NCBI GenBank assembly: GCA_951406725.2
Contig: OX597825.1
Coordinates: 14,900,001 to 14,962,000, forward strand
DNA length: 62,000 bases
Direction of reading: 5' to 3'
Source: Octopus vulgaris
Taxonomy: Eukaryota
The position numbers and the translations under genes were made by a program. Under the pieces are notes generated by a model. That model had not been told where the DNA came from. It ran no database searches and was given only the letters and a program-made list of their open reading frames with translations. Positions 25,401-39,340 of the stretch are shown here, piece after piece (the first letter of the stretch is position 1; every line of letters starts with the position of its first letter).

Positions 25401-26329
25401 ACTTCCAGCACCCATGGCTGATGTAGATAACTATATTTATCAAGGATTGTGGGAGCGTGATTAGCCACAAGACTCTTTTATTCATCCATCTCATTCTAGA
25501 ATCACATTACTGAATGTTGTATGCACTTCCGGTGAACGTGATGCCAAAGAATATAATACTTCCTTTGACAGCTTTCAGTTTCAAATTAAGCAGATTTTCT
25601 CTTACTTGTCGCCATTCACTCTGAGGCCGTCAGCGCCTAATCGAGATATGTGCAGTGGAAATCTTTCCTAACACAAAAACATCTTGAAATCCGCCAGGGA
25701 ACCCTCTGCCATCTAATCAATGAAGATGTATACATCTCTATTTCAGTAAAACTTTGGTTTTGTAAAGATATAATACCCTATAATGAAAGAGCGCATCTAA
25801 ATAAGCAATCAATTTGAGATCAGGTTATTCTAGAATGGACTGTAATCTATACATTCAAATGCAAATATTATCGCTCTTGGTATTTTCAAATTTGGTGAAG
25901 GACCCTTCTAAAGTTAATAGACGTTGTTGACAACTACATTGATATTCTCGCTTCCCTTGGTCATTACGAAATTTATAAAGTAAATGCTAATAAATATTTT
26001 TTACGCAGTAACCGTGCATTTGATATTCTTGTCGCTAATATTAAGTGTCATCGACCCTTTCCCAAGAAGGTGCAGTGTGTCTTTCCAGTCCACTGAAGAG
26101 ATAACATGTTCCAAACAAGATCAGCAAAACGGTGCACACAGATCACACGTATGCAAAATGTGGAGTGAAGGCCATATTCATCATTGGTCAGTACTTCACA
26201 TCTACACCTATGGATTTGTCTGTCCACAGAACTCTGCACAACGTATCTATAGATCCCACGTTGTCCAGATTTAGAGAAAACCATAACTCAACTGTGTAGC
26301 TAGTTGTGGATAAGTAGGTTCGTTAAATA

Positions 26330-27720
26330 GTTCTTAAATGATTCGACGGTATTTTAGATTAGAAATAATCGATGCCTGCTTCTTGTCCATCAATATTCGA
26401 ATTTCATGTAAATAGAGGTCTTCGATGTTGAACAACACGTACGGAATGGACATTCTGTCTCCCTAGCAATCGATAGTTAGTAGTGCTACTATTTCCGAAA
26501 TAATCGGTCTTCCAACAAACAGTCGTTCGATTTTGCTCGCAACCCTGAGCCGCAACAGATATTTTCAGTTGCTGCACTTATTCCTCGGATTATACTTGTT
26601 TCATTCTTCATGTCTGAAGTGCGTGTTGTTTTACGCGTGAGATACGCAAGACTATTTTTCAGTATGATCCAGGACACTTTTATTCTTATTCGGACATGCA
26701 ATGCTCTGTTCGGACCACAGCCTAGTCTGCGTGCTTTTAACGACCTGTTTCAACATGAACAGCGCAACTGCACTTAAGTAACCAGACATATCATCATAAG
26801 AGTCGTTATTATTATTTGCAGTTCGTGTAACGTGTGTGGGTAGGTTCCAAATTGATTAAACGAAGATATCACTGATTAGTTCACGTGAGCTATGTTTCAA
26901 AAATCGGTTAACATTAATGCAGTAATCACCATTTTCATATTAGATGATGTTTTTGAGACTTTACCATTATTAGTTGCATTCGCATCCCAGTCGTTTGCAA
27001 CACTTTGGTGACCGCAGGTGGCCTTAATTATTGACCACGAAGATCGGAGTAGAACTGAACTTTCAGAAGATTGTTCTTTAACCCTGCCGCAATTGTTGCT
27101 CATAAATGTCAACAGTTTAGGAGGCAGTACTGGTCAAGGTGACCACCACATAACGGTACAAAGCAATTTCAGATTTCCAAGAAATATATTGGGTTATCCG
27201 GAAAGTTCTTGCCGATTTTTGAAGGAAAGAAAAAAGGTCAATAAATACTTGCCAATATATTTTTAATCAACCAAATATGAACCATTTTGTTACACAATGC
27301 GTCTCCATCTTTCCTTTAACTTGAAAATACCCTCTTCCGAGAATTGAGGTTCCTGTGAGGGTAAGTCGAAAAGTAAGCTACTATAAAATCGGCACGAACT
27401 TTCCAGACAACCTAATACTTCCTACAATTGTCAACAGCAATCGAGACTGATATATACTATTTTAGGAGTTCGTTGGAAGCAGCAACAATACCGAAATGAC
27501 ACTTACACACCCGATCTAATTTAGAAGTACTTGTGCAGCGATGAAGAATAATGGTAAGGAATGATTTTGGCACATATTATATGTAGCAATTTCTTAAGCT
27601 TCTGGGAGTTCTATCATAGCTGGACAGTTCTGAATCTAGTTACCTGTTGTAAGCGTATACTAGTAAAGGTAATGGAAATTGATCACATTGATCCCGATTA
27701 CTGCTATTTCTACACCAAGG
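26330..27720 (-). mobile_element. Decayed Helitron Pif1-helicase fragment
   Basis: Collinear motifs LCGGHLDQY (~27150; cf. GGDFRQ), VLQTTGMRMQL (~26990; cf. L..NMR), SEQSIACPNKN (~26700; cf. ERAILAP.N), ENICCGSGL (cf. GLCNGTRL), TECPF, GQEAGID (~26380). Confidence 0.7.
27189..27415 (-). mobile_element. Mariner-derived MITE
   Basis: TIRs ttgggttatccggaaagttcttgccgatttt and aaaatcggcacgaactttccagacaacctaa; TA on both flanks; internal piece matches the 45884 copy. Confidence 0.9.
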
Positions 27721-27799
27721 GAACAATATCGTTTTGCTTCTTTTTTCTATCTGTCATATTTTACTTGTCTGATTTTCTATCTATCTGTCTGCCTCTTTC

Positions 27800-27811
27800 T
27801 CTCTCACTCTA

Positions 27812-27888
<77 letters not shown>

Positions 27889-28130
27889 CTATATATCTAT
27901 TTATCTATCTGGCTATCTATTTATTTATTTGTGTATCTATCTACACACACAGACTCACATACACAGATGTGTATATACATGTTTCTGTGTGTTTGTGTGT
28001 CTATGTGTTTGCGTGTCTGTGTGTCTGTGCGTCTGTGTGTGCGTTTGTTTCTGCAGGGGGCTTTGTGCATGTGTGTGTGTGTGGTGTATGTGAGTGTTTT
28101 ACTTCCTATGTGCGTGCATGTGGTTGTACG
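27800..28130. repeat. (TATC)n and (GT)n tracts
   Basis: Direct inspection. Confidence 0.95.
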
Positions 28131-28894
28131 CACGCGCAGGTTCCCAAGTGAAATATATTACGAAATCTACCATCAAAAATTTTAACTATCACGAGAAAGC
28201 ATTTTTAAAAACTATTTAACCTAATTTAATTGAAATGAGAAATTGAACGTAGTTTAAACATATTTGTCTTTTTAATTCAATTTCATTTCAAATAAAGGAT
28301 GCTTTATGTAAAAGATCTCCATCAAATGAATTCCATTGTCTATAGAAATCATGGTTGACCATCATTTAAAATCAAATATGAGTAGGAAATATACTCTGCT
28401 TCCTTCTAGACTTATATAACATGTCTACGGTTTTGTATCCCGTTATCTAGTTATAATTAATTTCCATTGAATTCAAAACAGTTCATTTCCATTCACTATA
28501 AATTAATTAAAGATTTGGCTATATTTATTTGTTTGTAACCACAAATTTCATAAATGTTATAAATGAGATAGACAAATAAAGAAATGATAACAAAGAAGGA
28601 AAGTTATAAATAATAAAACACACATGAAGAAAATAAATCTGAAAGATGTTTCTGATTGAAATTAAATTATATTTAAAATTTACAATCGTTGAAAACGATT
28701 TACAAATATATAATTGTTGATGTTTATGATAACCTTGGTGATGATGGCGAAGATATTGATTATAGTGTTGGTAGTAGAGTTAGTTGGAATACGATAGGAA
28801 TAATTCAAAAGAACATCATTTTAAACATCGTCATTTTCATTTCCCATTTGTTATTTGCAGCATGGTCACCATCATTATTCTTATTAAACAACAA

Positions 28895-29430
28895 TTAATC
28901 ATCCTTATCATCATCAGTCTCCGCATCATTATTTTCAGTATCATTATAATCATTGTCGACTAGGTCACGATCATCAATCGTAGTCGTCATCGGAACCATC
29001 ATTGTCACCACCACAATCATCATCATCATAAACATCACCATCATCATCACCATCATCATCAACACCATCTTCACCATCACCATCATCATCGCCATCATCG
29101 CCACCATCACAAACATCACCATCACCATCACCACCATCACCATCACCACCACCATCACCATCACCATCATCTCATCACCATCACCATCACCATCATCTCC
29201 ATCATCATCATCATCACCACCATCACTATCACCACCATCAACATCCACCTCCTCCTCATCATCATCATGATCATCACTATCATCATCACCATCACCATCA
29301 TCACAACCACCACCACCACCACCACCATCACCACCATCACCACCATCCTCATCATCAAAATCAATTACATCGCCCTCCTTCATTGTAAAGGTCGTCGTCG
29401 TCGCCGTCGTGATAGTTATTATCATCATTT
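28895..29430. repeat. Degenerate (CAT/CAC)n trinucleotide array, ~530 bp
   Basis: Direct inspection. Confidence 0.95.
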
Positions 29431-29582
29431 GTCTTCATCTTTCATGACATTTCTTTCAACTCTATTATTAATTTTAAAGTACTGTATCTTGAATTAAATC
29501 ACTAGTATACATTTATACACACGTCTAAGCGAATAAGACGCAAATGTGTATAGTTTTGTCTATGATATCCTTCTTACTCTCA

Positions 29583-29584
<2 letters not shown>

Positions 29585-29629
<45 letters not shown>

Positions 29630-29879
29630 AATATATATATATATATATATACACATACATGAACGCATACATACGTATATATGTATGTCTATATATAGAT
29701 ATATATATACATATATACACATACATGAACACATACATACGTATATATGTATGACTATATATAGACATATATATATATATATATATATTAAATGGAGAAA
29801 TACAATTGACAATCTAACAATTTACACGCAATTACATATATATATAAAGTTGAAAAAGAGGGTTACTCTAATGTGCGTG

Positions 29880-29905
<26 letters not shown>
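29585..29905. repeat. (CT)n/(TA)n compound tract with a short internal duplication
   Basis: acacatacatgaac(g/a)catacatacgtatatatgtatg occurs twice. Confidence 0.9.
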
Positions 29906-29910
<5 letters not shown>

Positions 29911-30429
29911 TAGAGTAACCCTCTTTTTCAACTTTCTAAACATTTACCTACCACCGCTTATCTTTTTGAAGTTTTCGCTCAGAAAGTCATTTTTTCAGAA
30001 AGAAATGTTTATCTCTTATATAACTTTCTCTTATATAAAAAAAAAATGCTTGTCCAGATTTATTTATTCTTGGTAAGACAAAGATAAGTGGCAATTAATA
30101 TAATGGGGAAAGCAACTTGCAAAGCTGAGGATAGAGCGCAGGTATTGGGCAAACACCTATTTTTCGCAGGCTTTAAAACACGCATAGTGTATCCAAATAT
30201 TATTTAGCCTCTAGGTACATGGCCTATACATGTTAAAAATCTGGAAAATTGAGAAATAACGAGAAACCGAGAAAAAGATTGAAGGTGGATTCAAAACCTG
30301 GTCCGGAGAATGAAACTGAAAATGAAAGGAAAAGACAAAAGGAATTAGAGTTATGTCCCTTATTATCAAAGGACCTTAAGGCGAGATTGTGTGGAATCAA
30401 CGATAAAGCTGCTCACTCCGGAGAGGGTG

Positions 30430-31060
30430 GTGCTCTCCAATTCACCAAAAGAAACTTGGACAATTGTTTACAATTTCTGAAAATTGTTTACAATTGTCAT
30501 CTAAAATTCAGCAGTAAGTTGGAATACTTACATCTAAAAATGATGTGAAGTAATTCATCTATGCATAACTCTTTTTGTTCTATTAATATATGGCATAGAT
30601 TTGTCTGCGACTTTCCATTCTACGACTTTCTATTCGTTTGCATGTTGGTCTACAAACACGATACGTAGCTAAATAACATAGAGGCTTTACTTTGTCCATG
30701 AGCAAGAAAGAAGCTAGGTGTTAACATAACGGCTTTTGAAGTCGCTATCGCAGAACGCGATGCAGTTCTTATTTTTGGTTAAGTTAGCATGTAACGTTGC
30801 TGCAACATCTGGTTTATCATGCAGCTCTGTTCGAGTGGACAAGCTCCAAGGAGTCGACAGTTTGTTGATGTTTGCAGGTAATAATTCTAGTTGTAGTGGA
30901 GAAACAGCTCTATAATGATTTAATCGAGCGTCTGCATTTGTGATTTTCTAGGAAATGTTTATTTGTGAAAGGCAGGAATCTTTTATCTGCATTAGTTTTA
31001 ACATTTAGGGAGAAACAAAATAACCCGTTAATGAAGTTCATGACATAATTTTATTTATTT
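30430..31060 (-). mobile_element. Penelope-like element fragment (RT C-terminal linker plus GIY-YIG)
   Basis: Minus strand SPLNVKTNADKRFLPFTNKHFLENHK, TNCRLLGACPLEQSC, KNCIAFCDSDFKSRY, ELCIDELLHIIF...LLNFR...KFLLVN follow the PLE consensus order. Confidence 0.8.
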
Positions 31061-31191
31061 CCTTGACATTTTAATTTGTCAGTACTGTTCTGTAATCGAC
31101 CTACACTTGGATCAGTAACTTTTGTACACAGAAATCTAACACCAGGTTTGTTAATATATCTATGCCTACGTGAAATAGGCTAAGCATTATA

Positions 31192-31426
31192 GCTATTTCT
31201 TTACTACACACAAGGGGCTAAATACAGAGAGGACAAACAAGGACAGACAAACGGATTAAGTCGATTATATCAACCCCAGTGAGTAACTGGTACTTATTTA
31301 ATCGACCGCGAAAGGATGAAAGGCAATGTCGACCTCAGCGGAATTTGAACTCAGAATGTAGCGACAGACGAAATACTGCTAAGCATTTCGCCCGGCATCC
31401 TAACGACTCCGCCAGATCGCCGCCTT
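31192..31426 (-). mobile_element. SINE family A
   Basis: 12-bp TSD ctaagcattata at 31180-31191 and 31427-31438. Confidence 0.9.
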
Positions 31427-31698
31427 CTAAGCATTATACCTAGCGTGGAAATTATATATGCGAGAGTTGCTATGAGCTTATGTTATGTAGAACAGATATG
31501 ATTAATGAATTATGAATAACTACGTATATTTGAAATTTTGGTGAGTGAAAGTATATTTCATTTCCCGCCTGTTTATTTTGCTGTTATAACCACAGGTAGC
31601 ACGCATTTTATGCTAATAATGTTCTTTCCACAGCAAAAATTTACATTGTTAGTTTGTGTATGTGTGTGTGTGTGCGTGTTTGTATGTTTTTGCATGTG

Positions 31699-31730
<32 letters not shown>

Positions 31731-31789
31731 CTTGCGTGTATGTCTCTGTTAGTTTGTTTTCGTGTCTGTTTGCCCCCACACACACACAC

Positions 31790-31964
31790 ACACTTGAGAA
31801 CCGGTGTAGGCTTGCTTACAACTCCGTAACTTGCTGTTCAGGAAAATTGGACAGACACAGCTAAGACAATGGGACCTGGTGTCGATTCATTCGGCTAAAA
31901 ATTGCTTAAGGTAGTGCCCCAGCACGGCCGCAGCCTAATGACTGAAATCAATAGTAAATAAAAG

Positions 31965-31965
<1 letters not shown>
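31790..31965 (+). mobile_element. Old SINE family B 3' fragment
   Basis: Diverged cacttgagaaccggtg...ccgtaacttg...aaggtagtgccccagcacggccgcag...tgactgaaa. Confidence 0.65.
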
Positions 31966-32152
<187 letters not shown>

Positions 32153-33104
32153 GGTTGAGCCGTTAATTAGACTCATTTAAAACTATGTAAATATATATAT
32201 ATTGTTCATATTTTAATATGTGGAAATAGTATTAGATGATCAGTACGGAAATCGAATTACGAATACCGATAAAGAATATTAATGATGTAGATAATAATAA
32301 TTTTTGATGATGATGCTGATCATCATCATCACCCTACACATCTTTCTCATTATGATCGTGATAATAATGGCAATGCGACACTTCCTGATAATAAAAATAA
32401 ATCTATCACTTTAGAGTTTCATTAGTGTTATGAGGGTGGTATTTATAATAATGATGAGGATGGAAATTAATTTCGTTTTAAATCATCAATCTCGGCAACA
32501 ATACAAATTAGATGAAGAGAAATACCGAGGCAAAAATGTATGAATATTAATGAGCTGTGCAAAAGTTTTTATTAACTTTTGTGTCCGTTGTTTGCGAGAA
32601 GGTAATTACGTACAATATGAATGATTGTGTGCCCCTAGTGGTTTATACAATCACGTTAAGTAGGCAAGTGTTTGGTAAACTGTAAATACATTTGTTGAAG
32701 CTTGCAAGAACTTTAAATTACACGTAGTATATTAAAGTTGAGAAAGTCATTTTCGATATATCGGTATGCATCAGACATTAGTGGTTTGCAAAATAGACAG
32801 GGTGTGGAGCAAATTATGATATTATGCTGTAATATGTTAGGTTAGGTCAAACATCGTTCGAACTTTAAATCGTAGTTTTGGGAATGGTGCAAATCCTAAG
32901 TTTGAATAATGCTGATATAATCGACTGTTTATTTTACCATATGCTAACAAATAAATGTTATACATCTGATCTTTCCACCATTATGATTTAATATCTCCAA
33001 ATGTTTCCTTTTTATTTCTCTTCGTTCGGCATCGTTAAAACAAGATGTTGGTAAACGGAAGAGGTCGTATAACATATCCATTGTTATGTAGTATCCTCAT
33101 CCTC

Positions 33105-33184
33105 ATCCTCATCTTTCCTCTTCTTATTATTATTATTATTATTAGTATCTTCTTATCTATTTATTATTATTAGCATTATTATCA

Positions 33185-33249
<65 letters not shown>

Positions 33250-33255
33250 TCATTA
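33105..33255. repeat. (ATT)n/(AGT)n trinucleotide tract
   Basis: Direct inspection. Confidence 0.9.
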
Positions 33256-33375
33256 TTAAAGCAGAGCCCATAGCACGCCGAAGAAAATGCTTAAAGTCAT
33301 TTCGACCGTCTTTACCTTATGAGTTCAAATTCCACCGATGTCAACTTTGCTTTCACCCTCTCGGGGTCGATTAGC
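33255..33375 (+). mobile_element. SINE family A 5' fragment
   Basis: tagcacgccgaagaaaatgctt...gagttcaaattccaccgatgtcaactttgc...tcggggtcgat. Confidence 0.7.
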
Positions 33376-33384
33376 GAGTCTCAC

Positions 33385-34230
33385 CGGATTGTAGAATCCC
33401 GCAGTATCTTAAGTTCTTTGTTCTCGATAACTCCTTCTGGTTATCGTTAGCACCATTTCCGCGCGCTCTCTTCAGACCGTATTTTCACATAGCCTCCAAT
33501 GGATGAACTTCGCCACATTTTCGTGCCTTCTGTTATAGTACTTTTGTGCCAGCTTGCTACACTCACTCATGATATGTGAGATTATTTCGTTTCTGCTGCC
33601 CCGCATACTACTCTTATCTATTTGGGAATTGGTGTAATTAGTTCTCAGAGCTAGTTAGTGGGAGCTGCATATCAATGCCTCAGTGCATCCTTTCAAATCA
33701 CCTTTCTTAGGCATCTCCAAGTGTCTTTTCTTTCGATTCTTCTGCCCATGCGATTATCCCTGCTCCATATCTAAGGATTGAAACCGCCCAGGTGCTGGTA
33801 TCTTCAATCTTATTCCGTTCGTTTAATTTCGACTTAAGGATCAGTCTCAGTCTGCTCAAGTACGCCACCTTAAATTTTTCTGTCATTTTTCTCCCTCAAC
33901 TTATCCATTTCCAGTATACCCAAGTATTCATAGCCCGTCTCATCTCTGTGCTTCATAACTTCCCCCGACGGTATCGTTAACGCATCCATACATTTGACTT
34001 TTGCTTCTATTCAAGACTAACACACCAGTCTTTCTCTGAACTCTATTTTGAAATCAGCACTGAAGGTACACACCGTATCAGCGAGGGAACTGATTTCGGC
34101 TTCATCTTTACCATAAAGTTTGAGGTTGTCCATGAATAACAATTGACTGAAATTTTGTTGGCGGTTTTTGAATACATACGCAGCTTTTGCTTTCCTCAGA
34201 ATTAGTGTTAGTGGTATTAAGCACATTTGT
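33385..34230 (-). mobile_element. R4/Dong-type LINE fragment, internally deleted
   Basis: QLLFMDNLKLYGKDEAEISSLADTVCTFSADF (RT YMDD region), GYEYLGILE...RLILKSKLNERNKI...WAVSILRYGAGII, ECSKLAQKYYNRRHENVAKFIHW (zinc-knuckle/RHD region). Confidence 0.85.
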
Positions 34231-34234
34231 ACTA

Positions 34235-34670
34235 TGTCATTGTTGTTATTATTATTGAGTGAGAGAGCAGCGCATGCCATCAAAGTGACGTTGGGGCAAA
34301 ATATACAAAGCCCAGTATACCCATCATGACTACCCGTCTGATAAGGGTACACTAGGCACATGCATCACAACCATATGTGCGCAGCATGGCGATCTCATAT
34401 CAAGATAAACAGCGCATTACCTTGCAGGTGGAGCCCAGTTAGAATTTTGTTTTTGGTCGAGTAATCCATCCCACTCAAAAGGTCCCTGAATAAGGGTTGT
34501 TTAAGGATGTTGAATGAAACACCCATGTTTCCAGAGGTGAATTATTCAAACCCCACAGAATCCTACTCAACACATGGCTATGATGCTTTCCCACTACTTC
34601 TGCTCGTGATCAGAGATGCACATATCGTGGGCCACTAAGGGACATGCGCAACTGGTTAAGGTCAAACAAT
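34235..34670 (-). mobile_element. 5'-truncated retroposon 3' fragment with (AAT/AAC)n tail
   Basis: GC-richer block ending on the minus strand in ctctctcactc-aataataataacaac and abutting the LINE fragment; family not assignable. Confidence 0.55.
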
Positions 34671-36164
34671 TGACATGTATTAGTAGTGGTAGTAGTAGTA
34701 ACAACCGGCGTTATTATTATTATTATTGTTATTATTCTTTGGGGAGAATCAACGCTTGAATAAATGCTATAACAAAAATTACCCCATCAACTTATACCAA
34801 GGAACGTCCGTCTTGTATAATTTGCATATCTTGTAAAATCATTATTGTTCCACCGTTATGGTGGAATATAGTCTGTCGTCTGTGTATCATCATAACAACG
34901 ATGAGCCGACTGGTTGTGTACAGAGAATCTAATCCAGGAATCTAATCCACAGAGAATCTAATCCACGGAAAAGAATATGTAGTTTATGCATATAACTGAA
35001 ATAAAATTTCTGTTTTGTTTTGACAATTCAAGTACAAATATTGTTTCAGAGGAATACGTAGTATTGCATATCTTCATCAAAGAAACGCACGCAAAAGAAA
35101 AAAATACATACCTGCTGAACAGAAAAGGTTGTTTACAACAATTGTAAATATTTACAAGAACAATGGACTGGAAAATAACATACACACAAATAATATACAC
35201 ACAGGTAATATATGCACAAAGATGAAGACGATAAAAACCAGCGAGCTGCAAGCAAAACAATAGCTTCAACGTCAACATACATAACTCAAGCTGCAACAGA
35301 AACATGTCTTCCAACAGCAACAGGAACAAAGAAAATCTCTAGCAGCTGTTCCTTAATATTACATGTAACATGGTTGTATTGTAGATTTCGCTCAAATCAA
35401 GTCAGACAATGAAAAAGGTAGTTTGAAAAATGTAGTTTGTCACAAATATGAGAATGAATGTCTTTGCTTGAAAACTTTAGAGTACAAGTACGAAGGTGAC
35501 TCAACATTACTTTGTGAAGGACGGATTTGCCCAAATACATCTTCAAGGAAAAGCCAGATTTACCGAAATTGCTGGATAATATATAGTATTTCATATTCTA
35601 TGTAGATACGGCATGCGGAAGAGTGTATGTGGTCCGCAAAAAGCGACTAAAATCGGACCGATTCAGCGCCACAAACCTGAGCATGGGTTACTGTAACATA
35701 TTAGGTAACTAACATGATTGCTGTAGCAGGACATATTAGCCTCCTAACTTGTGAATACAGATATATGGACTCTCAGACTATCGCCATATATAAGTTATCC
35801 AAATGGTAGTTGACGAATTTTGGAGTGACGTAAAATAAGGTGACTGTTCGGCACAGCCTGGTTCTGATGAGTTGAGAACACATTAGAGCTTTAGCATACC
35901 TGCATACCATTGCTGGTGTAGATAAAATGTTATAAGAAAAAGTGTTTCTGATAGAAGGCTCAGCTGTCAACCGCCTGATCGCTTAGAGGTACTTAAACGA
36001 AACTCTTTGAAAAGGTAAGAAATGAAAGAAATTAATCAACAGCGGAAACAGAAGTTGCTACGGTAGTACCAAATCCTGGAGTCAGTTGTTTGTATAATAC
36101 CACATCCTCATATTTAGAAGGTGATGGGCGGGGTCGGGTTGCCTTCACCAACAAGTAAAAGGAA

Positions 36165-36577
36165 GACGCTCTTACTCTTTTGCTATGTTATTGGTTTCAG
36201 TCATTTTGACTGTGTCATGCTGGGGCATCGCCTTTAGTCGAACAAAGGATCCCAGGAATCATTCTTTGTAAGCCTAGTACTTTTTGTATCGGTGTCTTTT
36301 GCAGAACTGCTAAGTGACGGGGACGTAAACACACCGACACTGGTTGACAAGTGATGGTTGTGGGGAGTCAAACACAGACACACACACACACATACACACA
36401 CATACACGACGGACTTCTTTCAGTCATTCGGTTTCCGTCTACCAAATCCGCTCACTAGTCTTTGGTCGACCCGAGACTACAGTAGACGACACTAGCTGGA
36501 GATGCCACGCAGTGGAACTGAACGCGAAACCATATGGTTGGTAAGCAAGCTACTTACTTCACAGCCACGCTTGCGCC
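36165..36577 (-). mobile_element. SINE family B, older full-length copy
   Basis: Collinear similarity to 13742-14187. Confidence 0.85.
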
Positions 36578-36974
36578 AAAGATAATGATAATAGCAAAAT
36601 CACAATGTTATCTTTGTTTAAAATACTTTTGTATGATAGCTATACACTCTTGTCATGATTTATTTATGATAGGTTTATGAGAAATATATATTTGTAGAAG
36701 ATAAAAGAGGCAATGATGAATATAAGCTACTGTAAATATACAAATGGAGTAGAAATATATCTGAAGTTGTGTGAGTGCAGACACATCAAATTTTAAACTA
36801 TGTATTTAGGATATAATGAATTGTATTTGTTTAAAGATTTCCCACGCCGTCGCTTGAATAATCGACATATGCAGATTAATATACATGATATAAGCGGAAA
36901 AGGAAAAACAGATATTTGTGAAGTAATCTTAATGAATGGTGTAAATAGAATTATGGAATTGAACATGGGTGCTC

Positions 36975-37204
36975 TTTTTTCTCTTTTACTTCTTTCAGTC
37001 ATGTGACAGTTGTCATGCTGGAGCAGCGCCTTTATTCGAGCAAATCGAGTCCAGGACTTATTCTTTGTAAGCCTAGTACTTTTTTCTATTGGTTCCTATT
37101 GCCGAACCGCTAATTTACGGGGACGTAAATACACCAGCATCGATTGTCAAGCGATGTTGGGGAGACAAACACAGACACACATATACACAAACACACACAC
37201 ATAT

Positions 37205-37254
<50 letters not shown>

Positions 37255-37415
37255 GACGGGCTTCTTTCGGTTTCCGTCTACCAAATCCACTCACAAGGCT
37301 TTGCACGGCCCGAGGCTACAGTAGAAGTCACCTGCCCAAGGTGCCACGCAGTGGGGCTGAACGCGGAACCATGTGGTTCTTAAGCAAGCTACTTAACACA
37401 GCCACTCCTACGCCT
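36975..37415 (-). mobile_element. SINE family B, full-length
   Basis: Collinear similarity to 13742-14187, including the internal microsatellite. Confidence 0.9.
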
Positions 37416-38478
37416 CTAATAAGAAGCACTCAAAGATGATCAGGGAAGTCAGTTCGAGTACACATTCTATAGAGTAACAGGTTCAAATGCGAATTTATCA
37501 AGTTTACCCACAAACATACGAGACAAAAATGTAACACTCTATTACAAATGCAAATATATTTACGGCATATATTTCCCAAAACACACAAGCAAACATTTTG
37601 AAACTACTCATCAAGCATAAAAAAAATTGTCATTATTTGAAATGTCGATCGCCGAGTTGATCTAACTCATCGAGTTATATCGAAGCATATTCATGAGGCT
37701 AATAAAAAAAAAAGTTATTGCTTTGTTAGAGCGGGAAGAGTTAGTTATCAAATTATTTGGTACTACGTTTCAACTAGTACAGGCAGAAACTAATTTACTT
37801 TCGTGGTTTGGAGTCTTCCAAACATCAAGGATTGAAACATTCTATTAATTATTTGTAAGATAATTACATATTTGTTTATAACATAGTACATTTATGTAAA
37901 TAATTGAACTTTACTTTGAAAGTAAGAATAATGCTACTGGGAAGTATAATTGTTAAGATTATTCACAATAGGGGTCTCTTTCTTTGTCTTCTGATTAAAC
38001 ATTTTCTATCAAAAATTAAGTGTTTAGCACTATACTTGGCGATGATTACCCGAAAATGTATCCACTACTTAGTTCCGTCTAGCAAAATGACATAGTTAAA
38101 AACAGCTTTGAGGAAAATATGATGAAACGTCTAGAATAAAATCTAAGCTGTGTCATCTAATCTTCATAAGAAAACCAAGCTCAACTATGATTGTATTGGC
38201 TCGTTTTGAAAAATATGGTTACTCTTCCACACAACACATGACAAAACATGCGTAAAATCCTAGCCATCTTTTTCGCCAGATAAGATCTACTACAGAATAT
38301 CTATTTTATACTGCTTTGAAAGTATAAATGCAGCATTCGGTGAACGTTTCAATGTTAAGTACATAGCATTTCTTGCTAAATATTTCACAATGTCTGAAAA
38401 TAAGACAGAAGAAAGAAAGCGAAAGTGTACACCAATACCCTATTATATTTATGGAGATTTTGCAACAGAAATTTTATG

Positions 38479-38620
38479 CAAATTCCGCCGAGGTCGACTT
38501 TGCCTTTCATCATTTCGGGGGTCCGCTAATTAAGTACCAAATTTAATCGACTTAATCCCTTTGTTTGTCCTTGTGTGTGCCCTCTATGTTCAGCCCTTTG
38601 TGGGTAATAAAGAAATAAGA
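38479..38620 (+). mobile_element. SINE family A, 5'-truncated
   Basis: Starts at aaattccgccgaggtcgactttgcc; ends aataaagaaataagaaat. Confidence 0.85.
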
Positions 38621-39340
38621 AATGTTATGCTTAGTCCCATTGCATAAAGTAAGCTTTGGAAAGGGAAGTGAAAAATTAATTATTGTTAAATGTATTAACA
38701 GACTATATACATATTCCTGTATTCTAAACAATCCGCCATGGTAACATACACGAAAAAACATTTTAGCGAAGTCAAATATACTTTTGAAGGTCTATTTTGT
38801 CTCTATTTGAATTCTTTCATTAAGCAAGAGTGTGCATAGGATCTAAAATTCAGAGAGAAATTTATTTTGATAGTTTTATTATAAATGTGACTAATAAAAC
38901 AATCTAAAAATCCACTTTATTATGCTTATCGATGGTTCGTATAATGTATGTCGTTATTTTTTTCATTGTGCTGCACACACAAGTGACTATTCCGTTGAAT
39001 TATGTTTCAACAATCTAACTTCAAAATCTGTTTTTAGTCATATTTTATCATAACCATATTTTCCAAATCAAAAGAAAATCTACGAATATTTCATGCAGGA
39101 TTTAATGGTCTTGTTGGAAATGTAATCTTCAAATTTTAGGGGATATGCGCATGAAACAAAATCTTTTTACACTTTTTGCAAAATGTGTATCGCAGGTCTT
39201 CACTGTAGGCGCGAACGACAAAAATTATGACTGAATTAAAATGTTTGTGAAATGACTATAATTGCTATTACGGAGATGTACTTGCATAGCAAGTGATTTG
39301 ATCTTGAGATCGTGTACTGAAACGAAAACAATTCCTGCAT

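Noticed and set aside
28895-29428. Poly-Asp/Met/His/Thr ORFs
   Set aside because: (CAT/CAC)n repeat is open in several frames by construction
30249-30548. 99-aa basic, protein-like ORF on the + strand
   Set aside because: Its 3' third is antisense to the Penelope endonuclease tail; starts at TTG just after a stop with no good acceptor
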